64,000 nt of DNA from Lama glama (Eukaryota), in contig CM052818.1 in the NCBI GenBank assembly GCA_028534125.1, positions 40,116,001 through 40,180,000 on the forward strand, in the 5' to 3' direction. Shown piece after piece: positions 37,501 through 50,960 of the stretch. Both the position numbers and the translations under genes were made by a program. The notes beneath the pieces were generated by a model, which was given only the letters and a program-made list of their open reading frames with translations, made no database searches and had not been told where the DNA came from. Positions within the stretch are counted from its first letter, which is position 1, and each line of letters begins with the position of its first letter.

Positions 37501-40170
37501 AGATGATACGTTCAGTCTCAAAACAAGTCTTAGAAAATTTAAGATTAAAATCATACCAAGAACATTTTTTGAAATGATATGAAACTAGAAATCAAAAATA
37601 TGGGAAAAACTGGAAAATTCATAAATATATGGAAACTAAATCGCATGCTCCTGAACAGTCAATGACTTAAAGGGAAATCAAAAAATGTTTTGAGACAAAT
37701 GAAAATGGAAACAATATATCAAAACTTACAAGATGCAGCAAAATGTTCTAAGAAGGAAGTTAATAGTGATAAATACCTACATTAAAAAAAAGATAAGCAA
37801 CCTAATTTTTCATCTCAAGAATTAGAAAAAGAGGAACTAGCCCTAAATTTAGCAGAGCAAAGGAAATGACAAAAGATCAGGCCAGAAATAAAGAACTAAG
37901 AACCAGAAAATCAATAGAAAAGATCAACAAAACTAAGAGCTGGCTATTTGAAAAGATAAACACAAAATTGACAAGACTTCAGCTAGACTAAGACAGAAAG
38001 GGATAAAACTCAAATAAATAAAATCAAAAATGATAGAGGAGACCTTACAACTTAATGGTGGAAGGTTGAAAGCTTTTCTTCCAAATCTGGATGAAAACAA
38101 GAGTGTCTACTCTCACCACTCATGTTGAACAGAGTACTGGGAGTTCTAGGCTGAGTAATTCAGAAAGAAGAGAAAAGAAAAAAAAAAAGGCATACAAATC
38201 TGAAAGGAAGAAGTAAAATTATCTGCATTTGCAAATAACATATCTGATTTGTAGAAAATAGTGAAACTCAAGAAAGCTATTAGAACAAATTAACAAATTT
38301 AGTGAAGCTGCAAGATGCAAAATCAACATACAAAAATCAGTTCTTCACATCAGCAATGATCTATACAAACAGGAAATCAAGATAACAATCCCATTAACAA
38401 TAGCATCTAAAACAATAAAATATTTAGAGATAAATTTAACCAAGGATGTGAAAGATCTGTACAGTGAAACCAGTAAGATACTGATGAAAGAAACTGAAGA
38501 AGACACAAATAAATGGAAAAATATTTTATGTTCATGGATTGGAAGAATGCATATTGTTAAAGTGCCCATAGTACCCAAAGTTATACGTAGATTCAATGCC
38601 ATCACTATCAAAATTCCAATAGCAATTTTTACAGAGATAGAAAAAACAATCCTGAATTTCATATAAAGCTATAAGGCTTTGAAAAGCCAAAGCAACCCTG
38701 ACGAAGAAGAACAAAGCTGGAGGCATCATACTTCTTGATTTCAAACTATTATACATAGCTATATTAATCAAAATAGTATAATACTGGCATAAAAACAGGC
38801 ACACAGACCAATGGAACAGCATTGAAAGCCCTGAAATAAACCAACACATATATGGTCAACTAATATTTAACAAGGAAACCAAGAATATTCAAAGTGAAAA
38901 GGATAGTCTCTTTATAAATGGTGTTGGGAAATATAGGTATTCATGTGCAGAAGTATGAAACTGACCCCAATCTTAAACCAGTCATAAAAATTAACTCAGA
39001 ATGGATTAAAGACTTAAATATAAGACCTGAAACCATAAAACCCCTTGAAGAAAACACAGGGAAAAAGTTCCTTGACATTGGACTTGGCAACAATTATTCA
39101 GATATGACACTAAAAGACAAAGCAACAAAGGCAAAAATAAAAAAAAAAGTGGTACTAGATCAAAATAAAGAGCTTCTGCACAACAAAATAAACAATCAAT
39201 AAAATGAAAAGGTAACCTGGAATGGGAGAAAAAAATTACAAATCATACATCTGATAAGGAGTTGATACGCAAAATTTGTAAGAAATTCATACAAGAGAAA
39301 AAAAAGATTTAAAAATGAGCATTTTTCCAAAGAAGACATACATATAGCCAACAGGTGCATGGAAAGGTGCTCAATATGACTAATAATCAAGGAAATTCAA
39401 ATCATAATGAGATATCATCTCACACAGTATGAAGTTTCTTTAAAGGAATTAAAGACAGAACTACCATATCATCTAGCAATCCCACTTCTAGTTATATATT
39501 CAAAGAAGATGAAATAACTCAAAGGGTGATTACAGCATTACCCCCAATAGCTAAAACATGGAAACACCCTAAAAGTCCATGGATAGGTGAATGGATAAAG
39601 GCATTTGTATAATGGAATATTATTCAGCCATAAAAAGAAGGAAATTCTGCCATTTGCAACAACACAGATGGACTTTGAGGGTATTATGCTAGATACAAAA
39701 ATGTCAGACACAGAAATGGAAATCTTATATGAAAGATCTCATGTATATGTAGAATCTAAAAAGTTAAACTCATAGAAACAGAGAGGAAGTAGCATGATGG
39801 TTGCCAGGGGTGGTGTGAAGGGAAGGGGGGGCAGGGGATGAGAAGATGTTAGTCAAAGGGTTAAAAACATCCAGTTATAAGATGAATAAGCTCTAGGTAT
39901 ATAACTTACAGCACAGTGACTATAGTCACAATACTGTGTTATATACTTGAAAGTTGCCAAGAGAGTAGATCTTAAATGTTCTTGTCACACCACACACACA
40001 TCACAAATGGTAATTGTCTGAGGTAATGGGGGTGTTAATTAACCTTACTGTGAATTAATCTCACTGTGGTAATCATTTTGCAATGTGTATGTGTATCAAA
40101 TCATCACATTGTGCACCTTAAATTTACAAAATCTTATATATCAGTTATATCTCACTGAAGCTGAAAAAAA
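34548..40170 (+). mobile_element. End-to-end decayed LINE-1 (5' UTR, ORF1, long spacer, internally deleted ORF2, 3' UTR, poly-A) with an 11-bp TSD
   Basis: TSD is AGTTAATGCAG (34537-34547) / AGTTAATGTAG (40171-40181). ORF1 remnant runs ~35508-36415, ending EMLKGVL. ORF2 starts 36884 MALVSPYLTMVTLNISGL and includes KDLYSETSKILMKETEEDTNKWKNILCSWIGR. Confidence 0.95.
36884..39725 (+). pseudogene. L1 ORF2 (endonuclease/reverse transcriptase) remnant with many stops and frameshifts
   Basis: ORF fragments 37385-37582, 38448-38666 and 38918-39202 match L1 ORF2p. The RT catalytic FADD motif has decayed to FANN (TTTGCAAATAAC, 38228-38239). Confidence 0.92.
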
Positions 40171-40231
40171 AGTTAATGTAGTGCTAACATATTACTGTGA
40201 TAAAAGTAAGTACACACTCAATTATTTCACT

Positions 40232-40661
40232 TAGCCTTGGGAGCAAGTGTGCACATGCCCCTCAAGAGCAGAATCCAGGCTTCCCATGGTCCTTCTGTTA
40301 GTCCCATACGCCCTCCAACCAGCCAAGGGCGCCTGTCTTCCCTGTGTCAAACCTCAGGGTGAAGATGTCCAGTATGTGGCTTGAACCACTCACTTCCCAG
40401 GGAGGATCTCCGCCTGTGTAATCTCCTTTTTCCTCTGAGTCCCCTCCCAAGGGGCACAAGTCCAGACCTGATTGCTTCTTTTCCCCTCCTAATGGACTTT
40501 GTCTGGATCTTTCTTACAGGCTTTTTTTATGAGATCTTTTTTTTTTGCCAGTTTCCAGTTAGTTTTCAGTAAGAATTATTCCACCGGTAGGTGTATTTTT
40601 GATGTGTTCATGGGGAAAATTGTGTTCCACATCCTCCTACTCTGCCATCTTGCCCCCTCCC
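40232..40661 (-). mobile_element. Isolated 5' end (promoter region) of a different LINE-1 lineage
   Basis: The minus strand begins GGGAGGGGGCAAGATGGCAGAGTAGGAGGATGTGGAACAC...CACATCAAAAATACA, a laurasiatherian-type L1 5' terminus with the YY1 core CAAGATGGC (40644-40652). No ORF1 or poly-A follows. Confidence 0.8.
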
Positions 40662-40895
40662 ACTCTATTCACATCAAGTTTAAAAACTTGAAAAGCAGTA
40701 TTTTATCAAATGTATGAATATCTACAGACATAGAAGTATAAAACCATTCAAGGGAATGATGAATGTTAAATTTGTACTACCGGTTATCTCTGAGGAAGGA
40801 GAGAGAGAACATGGTTGAAGAATAGACATAGATTTTTAAAATTATTCTCTATTTTTAACATTATATTTAAAATCTTTCATGATAAAAAAGAAAAT
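40662..40895 (+). mobile_element. L1ME-type 3' UTR fragment
   Basis: AAGTTTAAAAAC...CAAGGGAATGATGAATGTTAAATTTG...GGTTATCTCTGAGGAAGG. Confidence 0.55.
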
Positions 40896-43800
40896 TTGGG
40901 AGGAAGAAGGTGGTTTCTAACGGGAAAAAAGAAAACAAAAAAGCAATGACAATAAAGAACACCATAAAATCAAAATAATTATCCATAGAATTTCTTTATT
41001 TCAGATGTTGTGGTTTTTAAAGAAATGAAACTCTTCAGAGTTATTTTTAACATAATTTTAACTCCTTTTACAGCTGGTGGATGATCAAATTACCTCCCAG
41101 TCCCTGCCCCACGGTCTCATTGACTCTGTTCTTGTATGAAAGAATCAATACTGGTTCATGGAAATTTCTGTGAGTCCAAAAAAGCACTGGTGGTCCAGAA
41201 CTACTGAATTCAACACAAATTTAATCAAACTGGAATTTTCTTTTTGGTCCATGTCATTAGAAGGAAATATACCTTAGGATAGCTCTTCATTAAAAAACAG
41301 GTTTCATGCAGGTCGATAGCCTGAAGCTTTGGATTGCAGTTCAGTTGGTGATGAGCTGTATAATGTTGAATGAAGGACTTAACTTCACTGAGTTTAGGTA
41401 GAAATAACAGTTCATAGAGCTGTTATTAAATGACCAGCCTGTGCTCTTCAAGGCTTTGTTTTGTTTTGTTTACATTTAGTGAACGAGTCACCAAAATAAA
41501 ACACCGCATTGATCTGGCTTTTGCTCAGATGTAAAAATGCACCAAGGAGGACTAATAGCTCTTCCTAATTCACTCCCTTTTAACTTTAAACATCTTTCCC
41601 TCTTGCTCTAGCTCAGGTGTAAATTCCCTTGGGTTCTAACAAAGGCTTTGCCTGATTGAACCGCTATTAGTATTTGAGACAACTGATGAAAATGCAAATC
41701 CTAAAGTAAGAATTTAAAAACTTGATATTTTACTGAAATAATTTTTAAACCTTGATCTTTGATTGCTTTTTTCAACATGAAGTCTCCACAAATAAATTCA
41801 GAAGTGACAACCTAGATTTTCCTCTGGGATGCATTGCATTGGGTGCAAAGTTTTAAATAAGGAATTTATGAGGTCATGAAATTTGTGAACCAATGTCTAT
41901 ACCCCAGCCCCAACAGACTGCACATAAACTCTTCACAGCAACTATGGGATAAGTTTATTCTTGGCCTGAGCCAGCTTCTTGGCTGCCGATGGAGCTGTGG
42001 GTATGAACAGGGTTGGAAAATCAAAGGCAGCATCACTGTGCCAGCGGGCCTAGAACTTCTGTGATGAGGACAGGGCAGAGACTTCCCTCTATTTCCTCTC
42101 CATCCTTCATTGATCAATGGCCACGTATTATGCTGTCCCCCACCCACTCTCCTGCATCACCCCCAAATGGTAGTTTTGTCTGTGAAATGAATGAGGGAGG
42201 TGTTTCCTATCCTTTCTCTAGAAGAGAAAGAAAGCCTAGAGATGACAATTAGCTATAATATCTCAGAGCTTTACCTTGAGAAAATAAATCAGCGCATTTC
42301 CTTTTTGGAAACTAAATGGAGTCAAAACTGAAAAGGAAAACATCTTAGAGGATCAAAAACGAGTCTCTGCACCAAGTCCTGTTGCTCACATGGCACCAGT
42401 CAACTTGCAGCTAAAGATGTTGTGGAGCTGACCCAAGGGTATCAGGCAGCTCAAATACACAAGAACAACCTATACCTAGAAGGACAGAGGTCTCTGTCCA
42501 AGAGAGAGGGTTTGTGCATTGATCCCTCTTTACTGGATTTTGAGAAAAGGGGTCTGAAAACGAAGGGCTCCTTCTATTTGCAAAGCTGTACAAAATCGTG
42601 GGTAACTGATATTTTCCTGAAAAAATAACCATTGAAAAAGACCAAATCCCCCTTACTACAAAGTTGGCGATGGGTCACAGAACTAGGAGAGAAGTAAAAT
42701 AATAGTAATAGGAGTTCAAAAGCCAAATGCATTGAATTTAATAGTGGGCATGGTGGTGCATGGAGAAAGAAGACATGGGGACCCAGGTAAGGGTAGGTAG
42801 AAACCCTTGTAAGTCCTAGCCCTCAGATTGGTTACAGGAAGGTAACATTTTAGGACTGATGAAGAAAGGTAGGAAAGAGGAATTGTGCTTGGGGACAGAG
42901 GAGTGGGTATGAAGCAGAGACACAGAGATCTTTACTGAGAAATTAATAAATACCTATCCTGGGGAACAGTTTATTCATTTTTGTCCTTCTCAAAAAAATC
43001 AGGCAGTTGTCAAAGATAAGGTGTCAAGCAGATTTCCTATAAATAAAGAGCCTTCCTAATAAATTATATACTCAGTAAAAGGAATTGCATTTTACATGCT
43101 ATGGCCTTACTTCACAGTTTTACAGATTTCTTTAATCCCAACTATATTTTCTCAGGTTTTATATGAGCTGCTGACACTGGGTACTAGTGGTGGCTGGTAA
43201 AATTGTACTTTTTCCAGGGTTTTAAATCTAGAAATGGTAGCTAGAGAGGAAGTAATAGTTCTGCTAAAAGATGGCTATGGCTACAGCTTTCATGATTCCA
43301 AGGAAAAATGAATATATCATTAAAATATTCAAAGTTTCCTTTTTTTCATAATTCTTTAGAATGCTCTCATCAAAGAATGCGTTATTTCTTCAAGTTTTCA
43401 GAAGGAATGAAAGCCAATTACGATCATTTGAAAAATCAGGAGTAACTAGTAAAACGAGCTTGAAGAAGTCCCTTCAACGTACATTAAGCACTTCTTGATT
43501 AAAGCCAAAGGTATTGCCTAGAGAGTGTTGAACCTTTTCTAAGATTCTTAAAAAACTTTTGGATGGCATTCCTGAATTCTAAAAAGCTTAATTACGGAGT
43601 ATGAAACAAAATGTTTTCTAGGTTATAAATACTGAATATGATGCTCCGGTTAGAAGGTATACAAGGAAAATAACAGATCCACAGAGTTAAATTCACTGCA
43701 CCTGCATGGTGGGCTTAGGAACAGTTTTCCAGCAAAGGCTAAATGTTCACTGGGAAGCAAGGACAAACATGAGCATCTTAGGCTCAGGATCAAGCCAAGG

Positions 43801-46800
43801 TAGTTTACTGGGTTGTAGACCAACATAAACTGAGGGATCAACTGCCAATCTCAACAGCTTCCACAACAGCTGAGTATTTAAATCAGAACCACCCTCTCCA
43901 CCGTTTACTATGTGTGAATGTGCCACATTGTTTGTAGATTTTGAGCACTTGCTTCTAGCAGTAGTCCTCCAGGCTGTATTCCCTGGGACAATGGAAGGTC
44001 AGCAGAATAAAGTCAAGAGTACAAGTTCAGTTCTGCACTCAACTGATGTGATTTTGAGCAAGTCACTTCCCTTTGCACCTCCCTTTCCCATGTCTGTAAA
44101 ATAAGAGGATCGTCATTCATGATTCCCAAGTTCCTTCTAATTCTAATATCACATGGCTGAAAATAATGTGTTTCTTACTTGAAATTCTGATAAACATAGT
44201 TCCATCTTCCCTAGAAATCAGAGTTTAAAGAGTCTTTGGAAATTAAAACTAGAAAAAACCTGAGAAACAGTCTAACCCAAATCCCTTCATCCTTGTAAAG
44301 AAACTGACCACTTGTGTTTGTTGGCTTCACTCCCAGATGCCAGTGAAATATTTGGTTATTTCAAGTAAGTGCAGTAATGGGACTCCCTTTGAATCTGAAA
44401 AATGCTGTTTCATGTTCTCTCAGGTAGGAATAATGTCATTTTACTGTCAGAAAAAATACAAATTCAAATTACGGTAGAAATAAGATATCCATCTAAAACT
44501 AAGATGGGGTTTTCAGCATCATAAAATTAAATATCCTTGAATAGATTCTGAAGCTGGGACTTGGGAAGAAACCACACAGTATGCCGGCTGTGAGACTTAT
44601 TTACAGGGCAGTCCTTGGGGCCTGGACTGAGAAGAAACTGAGAAGAAAGGAGGAAGAAACGCCAAGAGTAAAAGCAAGAGTATCTAGACATTTCTGCATG
44701 TTTACAGAGAACTCTGGAGCCCAAAACCAGGCGATGGGGAAGACAGAATGAAGAAGCCAATAGGAACAAAGCAGAGAGTGTAAGACCATTACTGGAAAGA
44801 TCAAAGGGCCCAAGCTTCTTTTTCATTAGGATCTGCTCAGCCCCATGGGTCATGAGCAGATCAGCTTGAAAATTCAAGGTCAAGGTAGGCAAGAAGATGT
44901 GGGTACACAACTACCAAAAAGAATCATTCACTTCTTCCTACTATCATGCTTTCAGAAAGTAATTGACATGACTGGCACTGTGGTATTATATTGTCTTGTA
45001 AGTCTTTTAGTGTCAGATATCTGTGCACATGCCTCTGTCTCACTTGCTGAAATATTAGCTCTTTGAGGATCATATTAATTACTGTATCCCCAAAGATAGG
45101 GCCTGTTACACACTAGGTGTTTGGTAAATGTTTGTTTCATTCCACAGCTATCAAACACTGTTTAGTTGAAAGTTATTTCATCGAGCATTTTATTATATTA
45201 TTAATGAAAGCTTTTTTTTTTTCCCCACAGAGTATGTGGGAAATACTCTTGTATACTTTTCTAAGTGTTCATAAATCTTTATAGGAATATTGTTGTGACT
45301 TGACGGTTCTGGAGATCTCTGCATACAGAATATAAGGTAATCCAAACTTATCTGCATTTATATTTATTTAAAAGTTGGCTTGAAAATGTTGGGTGTTCAG
45401 ATAAACAGAAAAACTTTCCATCTTTATTCATTACTAAAATGTTGTGGAATTCATGATTCATTTACCTGTACGGCCTTCTGAATGTTACTTACATGACCAT
45501 TGAAAGTATACATCAGACTATTATTTCATTTGTAGCCTGAAAATACATCTTTGGAGAATTATGCAGAGAAGAGGCTTGTATTCTGGGTTGACAAATCCTT
45601 TCACAATTAAGAATGTGTAGACTTCAGAGAAACTGTTTATCCTGCTCCGCAAGGCCCATTGAATGTTTGTCTCTTTAAAAAAGAAAGATGCAATCTCTGT
45701 TTTGTCTGCAGAATCATTCTTCCATTTATCCATTTACTCACCCTTGAAAAATCATTTATTTGGTACTTATTACATGGTAGACATAAAGGAATGAATTAGG
45801 CATACAGAAGGAAGTGAGAAAACAATCCACTGATTTCAAGGTGTTTACATTCTAGAGGTTAGGCAGATGGATAAACACATATCATATTTTCCTTGGTATC
45901 CTCCACAGTAACCGATACAAGCCTGGGTGCTAATAGGCACCTGGAAATCACTCACTACCTGAATGAATTAATAAATTCAGTTATGAGAGCTGGAAATAAT
46001 GGACACATAGTTGGTCAATAAGCCACAAAGGGATACAGTTCAAGACCAGAAAAGGCATTGTTTAGATGTGATTTATGTGATTAGGAAATATGGAGCTTGT
46101 TTTCTCAAAGAATGGTTTCATCTTTGTGAAGACTCAATCCACGGTGGACATAGTAGTGAATCCCTGTCATTTGAAGTTAACACCAGACAGGCAAGCCAGC
46201 AGATCCACTTTCAAGAGGAGTCCTCATATACAAATGTCAGAGCAGAATCCCAGGGGAGTGGAGAGACTGTGGCGTTTACACAGGGAGCCACCGTCCATTC
46301 ATTTATTGATGTGCTAAGTAAGCATCCCCGTGCTCTCTCCCAGCACCGAAGGCAGCTGAAGTCTGCTGAGCTCCCTGGCCCTAGCACATCGGGTCCCAGT
46401 GATACAGCAGAGGGGCTCAAGGCACGAAGAGTTGCCTTTCAACTCTCCAAACTCTCCATCTACCCTGTGTGGACCTTCCCGGGGGTGGCTTCTCTGGTCT
46501 GCCCTTTATGTGAGAGTGTAAAAGCAAAGCAGGTGTTGCGGAGGGTAACACCAGTCCCTGGAAAGGCGGTGTGGTCTGCTAATTCTGTAACAGTACCTGC
46601 TTTGCAGGGGAAGTGGTGAGACCTTGACAACCTGCTAATATAATGCAGTGCAGGATTCAGGAAGCCCTGCCTTCCCCCACAGTTTCTCCCAACAGAAGAA
46701 CAGAAAGACCAGGTGACAGCAGAGGCAGAAATCAAGCTGCTGAGCCAGCACGAAAACGAAGCAAAGGGGATTCTCCAGCTTACTTAGGCTTTAAAACATT

Positions 46801-47869
46801 CCTGGGCTGAATGTAACACCGTCAATCTTTCCATCAGACTCAGTTCTGCACTTCAAGATAAAAGTGGCACTCATAAGTCAGCAGGCACTGGTGTCTGGCA
46901 AGAAGCCAGTTAACACTTCCGTGGAACACTGGTTCTAAGCTTTGCCATCCACCCCAGCCCTTCCACTTTCCAACCCGGCTCGGAGATTTAAGGAATTCAT
47001 AACTGAAGCAACTACAGTTTATTCGGAGGTCACACCATGTTCCTTGGCTTGGTAATGAAGGAGTCATGGAGAGATGCATCATGAAAATTAGCATTTCATT
47101 GGAATAAACATACTCTGGATCACCCTTATCCTGTATCACTGTAGCAAAGACTGTAACACTTTCAGGGAACACAATTAGGACTGTGGGACCATGGCGCTCC
47201 CTAGAGATGACATATGCCACTGTCCTCAGCAATTTCCAGGTTCCTGAGGCTTCATATTTTAGTGGGTTTTCTGTGACTGGACATGGCTCCATTGCGTGGA
47301 ACAAATCTGCTTCTAAACATGACAATAATGAGTATGTTTTCTGCCAGATCACTAGAATCCTAGACTCCAAGTGCATTCTTAAATGACTGTATTTTAGAAA
47401 CAGCCTCTAATCATTTACCTACTCATGGATTTTTTAAGAAATGTGCCAAGGACCCATCTCTGCTTCTATCCCATCCCCTTCATTTGGACAAATATCCTAA
47501 CTAGTTTTCCTGTGCTAATTTTATTCCTTGTGCACCCTTTTCGACAATACCAAAGGGGATTTTCTAAAACATGAAAATTGCCATGCAAGGACTTGGGTTA
47601 GAAAGTTTGAAAGCTCTGGATAATCTGAAATAAAATTACCAAACTCACTCTACTTTCCCGTCATACGGGCTGTCTTGTGATGCTGCAAGTTTTTGTGATT
47701 CTCTACCGTTCCACAAGCTCTCCCTCTGCCTGCACACCTTTCCTTCACCATCCTCAGCTAAAATGCCACCTCCCATAGAATCCCCTTAATAGTTCAAAAA
47801 TTGTGAATGGTACCCATCTGAACACTTCCTTCCATCCTGGAAACTGTACTTTTAGAGGTGCACTGCTTG

Positions 47870-48200
47870 AGAGGTTAGAGAAATATATCACATGAAAAAT
47901 AGCTGAAGGAACTGAGGAGATTAAACAGGAAAAAAAAATCAAACTCAAAGACAAGAATACTGACAAAGAAATATTATGGGAAGAAGGAGACTATTGAGGA
48001 AATTGGTTGAGTGTAGCCCAGAAGTCAGAGCTAGGATCTGTGGGTGGAAGTCGTATGAAGTCAGATTTAACGTAATTTTTGGAAAGTCTTTCTTGAGATT
48101 AAAGATTTATAACATGAGAAAAAAATTCCCCTGTAGAAAACTCAGGGCTCTAAGTTTCAGGAAAAGGCTAGATGATGCCCCGGAAGAGATTGCTTCAGGG
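47870..48200 (+). mobile_element. L3/CR1 LINE fragment
   Basis: CACATGAAAAATAGCTGAAGGAACTGAGG, GAGCTAGGATCTGTGGGTGGAAGT...AGATTT and TTTCAGGAAAAGGCTAGATGA blocks. Confidence 0.7.
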
Positions 48201-49394
48201 GTTAGGCGGACAAAAATTCAGCTTTTCTTACAGACATTGACCATCAGAAGATGACTTAGAGAAACAGGACAGCGATGGGGTGGAGAGGAAAACAGTGAAC
48301 CCACTGGAATCTATAAACTCTTAATAACTTCTTCACGTACAGAGTCACTAATAGAATTAATCACAGCACAGCCACCTTCACAAAAGTCTAGAGGATATTA
48401 TTTCTTCAGTTTTATAACTACTTAAGAAATGGATATTATTAACAAGATTTCCATGCCCTCTGCTCTCCAGTATTTGTGGGCTATGAAATTTACAAGCAGC
48501 ATTATTGAGAATATACATGAACATTTGGGCGTATGGACACATTCAACAGAGAAATCTTTTTACATAAAGGCATATTTTAATACTGATACATACATGTGTG
48601 CATCATTTACCCCCTGGTGTTCAGCATGGCAGTTATATTCATTCCGGCTAGAACATGGTGATGGTTCAAGACTATTGAATGACTACCTTCTAAACAAGTA
48701 GTTTGTATACTTCACTGGCGTAATGCCCAGTTTACTGGTGAGATGCACCACCAAGTAATTTGTTATTAATGGTAGGTAAAGTCTGAAATCTGTAAATGAT
48801 GTAATTTTAGAACATTATAAACCATATTCAAGATTATCCCCCAAATAATGTCACTTTCACCCACTTGCTTTCTTAAAGAGAGAGAGCAGGGTGGAGATTC
48901 AGTTAGCACTCAGGAAATTGCATCTAACTTCGGGTACATCCATCCCATTGGAGTACAGGATGCATGTCTTTTGCTAAATTTGTTATGACCAAGGAAGTTG
49001 AGAACTCTCTTCTAAACACAGAGTACAAAGTGACACACTGCCTTTTATGCTGCAACTCTTTACATTTGTATGACTTTTGAACCACATGTGATGAACAGGA
49101 GCACATGCTGGAACATACTTTTAAGGTAAATCTTTCAGTTCTCAACTTCACAAGAAGGCAGCTAAATATAAGCATTTAATATCTATTGAAAACACAAAAA
49201 TGATGCATGGACTTTGGAAGAAAACTACGAAGTTCCTATCTTTTTGGAGCACTTGCATGCATCAGTAACTTGGCTATACCTATGAGCTAAAATGTTAGAG
49301 TTTCACATGCAATATCAAACGATGGTCAAGTTCCAGTAGGAAATAGAAAGATTACTGGATCTTTGCTGTAGGAATGTTAAGACATGTAATGCCT

Positions 49395-50045
49395 TCGTTC
49401 ACTCAGCTGACAAACATACTATGAGTGTTAGTGTTCCTCCGCATAAAAACCAAAAACAAAAACATAAGCACTGCTCTCTGAGAGAGCAAGAGAGCATGGT
49501 GCAAGATGATGCTAGGGAGGCAAGTAAGGAGCAGACCTGATAGAATCTCGAAAGCTGTATTACAAATTATCTTTCTCCTAAAACCAACATGAAGACATTG
49601 AAGTTTTTAAGCAAGGTTTAACATGATAGATAAAATTTTTATTTCAAAAATATACCCTGGGGGTAGTTAAGAGTAGATGTGGGTTAACTAGTTTAAGAAA
49701 CTTTTTTCAGCAGTCCAGACAGCAGATATTAGAATAGAGTGACAGAAGTAGAGAAATGTGGATGAACTCAAGGTGTATTTAGGAAATAAGACTGAAAGTT
49801 CCTGGACAGGAATCAGTAATGTGGAGGATCCAAGAGAGGGAGGAGTTGAGGATTATTCTTAAGTTTCTCGTTTGAACAACCAGCAGGGGAATGCAAATGA
49901 AGAACCAGGTTTAGGAGTGAAGATAACGGTTTGAGAAAAGATATACGGAGCTCAGGATGTCCTTAAGACATTCAAGGAGAGATGTAAAATAGTTATTTAA
50001 AAATGTTGTGGAGCTCAAAGGAGAGGTCTGAATTGGAGATAAGTA
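49395..50045 (-). mobile_element. L2 fragment
   Basis: GAAGACATTGAAGTTTTTAAGCAAG...ACATGATAGAT, GAGAAATGTGGATGAACTCAAG and GAGCTCAAAGGAGAGGTCTG. Confidence 0.8.
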
Positions 50046-50084
50046 TCGAGTTCATCGTTCTATTTTTCTATCTTTGCTCAAATC

Positions 50085-50860
50085 TCACTCTGTTCTGATT
50101 GCTAGAGCTTTACAGTAAGTCTTGACAGCAGATATTGTAAGTGCCTCAACTTTGTTCCCCTTTTTGAAAATCATTTGAATATTCTAGGTCCTTTTCATAT
50201 TCATATGAATTTTAGAATCACCTCAACGTCTTCAAATAAAGAAAAGCTTTCAGGAATTTTGGTTGGGATTGCATTAATTCTATAGATCATCTTGAAGAAA
50301 ACTGACATCACAAATGCATCACAAATCGGACAAACACAATTGAATCTTTCAATTCAGTATAATGTTATATTTTGCCATTTATTTAATTCTTCTTTCTTTG
50401 AGCAATAATTCATAGTTTTCAACATAGAGGTCTTGCACATATTTTGTTAAATGTATCCTAAGTATTTCATGTTTTTGATACTACTGTAAGTAGTATTAAA
50501 AATTTTCATTTTTGAAAGTTGATTTGCTAGTATATAGAAATAAAACTATTTTTCTATGTTAACTTTGTATCCTGAGATCTTATTTGTTGGAGGAGTTTTT
50601 CAGTTTTTGGTAGATTCTTTAAATTCTTTTAAATACATGATCATATTTTTGGGAAAGAAATACAATTTTACTTTTTCTTTCCCTTATATTTGCCTTTTAT
50701 TTTTCTCTCTTGCCTTCTTTATGTTAGCTACAGTCTCCAGTAAAATTTTGAGTAGGTGTGGTCAGCGAAGACACTGCTGCGTCATTTCTGATTTTAGAAG
50801 GTAAGTGCTCAACGTCTTACATTTAAACATGTTATCTCTATGGTTTTCATAGATTTCCTA
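50085..50860 (-). mobile_element. Old L1 ORF2 fragment
   Basis: CCTCAACTTTGTTC, GAATTTTAGAATCA, GGGATTGCATTAATTCTATAGATC and TTTGTTAAATGTATCCTAAGTATTTC are antisense ORF2 blocks. Confidence 0.85.
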
Positions 50861-50862
50861 AG

Positions 50863-50960
50863 CCTAATGACCTCACAAAGATCGCATCACTGAGATCATC
50901 ATGTTGGGATTTGGGGCTCCAAAATACGGATTTTGGGGTGATATAATACAGTCCACAGCA
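50863..50960. mobile_element. MaLR (MLT1/MST-like) LTR end fragment
   Basis: CCTAATGACCTC...TTGGGATTTGGGGCTCCAAAATACGGATTTTGGGGTGATATAATACAGTCCACAGCA. Confidence 0.7.

Noticed and set aside
46011..46619. 202-aa ORF
   Set aside because: Non-ATG start, no recognisable domain or coding-like composition, and it overlaps L2-like sequence. Chance ORF.
46840..47376. 178-aa minus-strand ORF
   Set aside because: No recognisable protein similarity and no convincing splice boundaries.
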